64,000 bases of DNA from Pristiophorus japonicus (Eukaryota). The DNA lies in contig NC_091984.1 of NCBI RefSeq assembly GCF_044704955.1, forward strand, positions 115,754,001 through 115,818,000, written 5' to 3'. Of the stretch, positions 63,831-64,000 are shown piece after piece; within the stretch, counting starts at the first letter, position 1; each line of letters begins with the position of its first letter. The notes below the pieces were generated by a model. That model was not told the origin of the DNA. It did no database searches and was given only the letters and a program-made list of their open reading frames with translations. The translations under genes and the position numbers were made by a program.

Positions 63831-64000
63831 CTATAGCATACTGCTTTTTATTCATTCAGGTGATGTGGGTATTGCAGGAAAAGCCAGCATTTATTGACAA
63901 TCCTTAATTTCCCCTGAGAAGCTGGTGGTGAGTTGCCTTCTTGAACAGCTGCAGTCCGTATGGTGTAGCTACTCTCATGGTGCTGTTAGGTGGGGAGTTG

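Overview
Vertebrate nuclear DNA, most likely a cartilaginous fish (inference from SacSINE1-like SINEs and abundant CR1, L2 and Penelope elements). The only host gene I recognise is the 3' end of UCHL5/UCH37 on the + strand: its last two coding exons, joined by a GC-AG intron, and a poly(A) signal near 9.1 kb. The rest is mostly transposon-derived: Harbinger remnants, Penelope, RTE, several CR1 and L2 LINEs, three Gypsy-type LTR elements (one lacking RT, RNase H and integrase), a probable solo LTR, a young Tx1 LINE, SINEs and MITEs, with a deeply nested cluster at about 20-45 kb. Two snRNA-derived retroelements stand out. (1) A ~350-bp poly(A)-tailed, TSD-flanked element at 16.72-17.07 kb built from a rearranged U2 snRNA that still keeps its stems. 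(2) A CR1 LINE whose 5' end is a near-full-length U6 snRNA; it is 5'-inverted and was later split by nested insertions (27.8-41.5 kb). All calls come from reading the sequence by eye and from recalled family motifs; no database searches were run.
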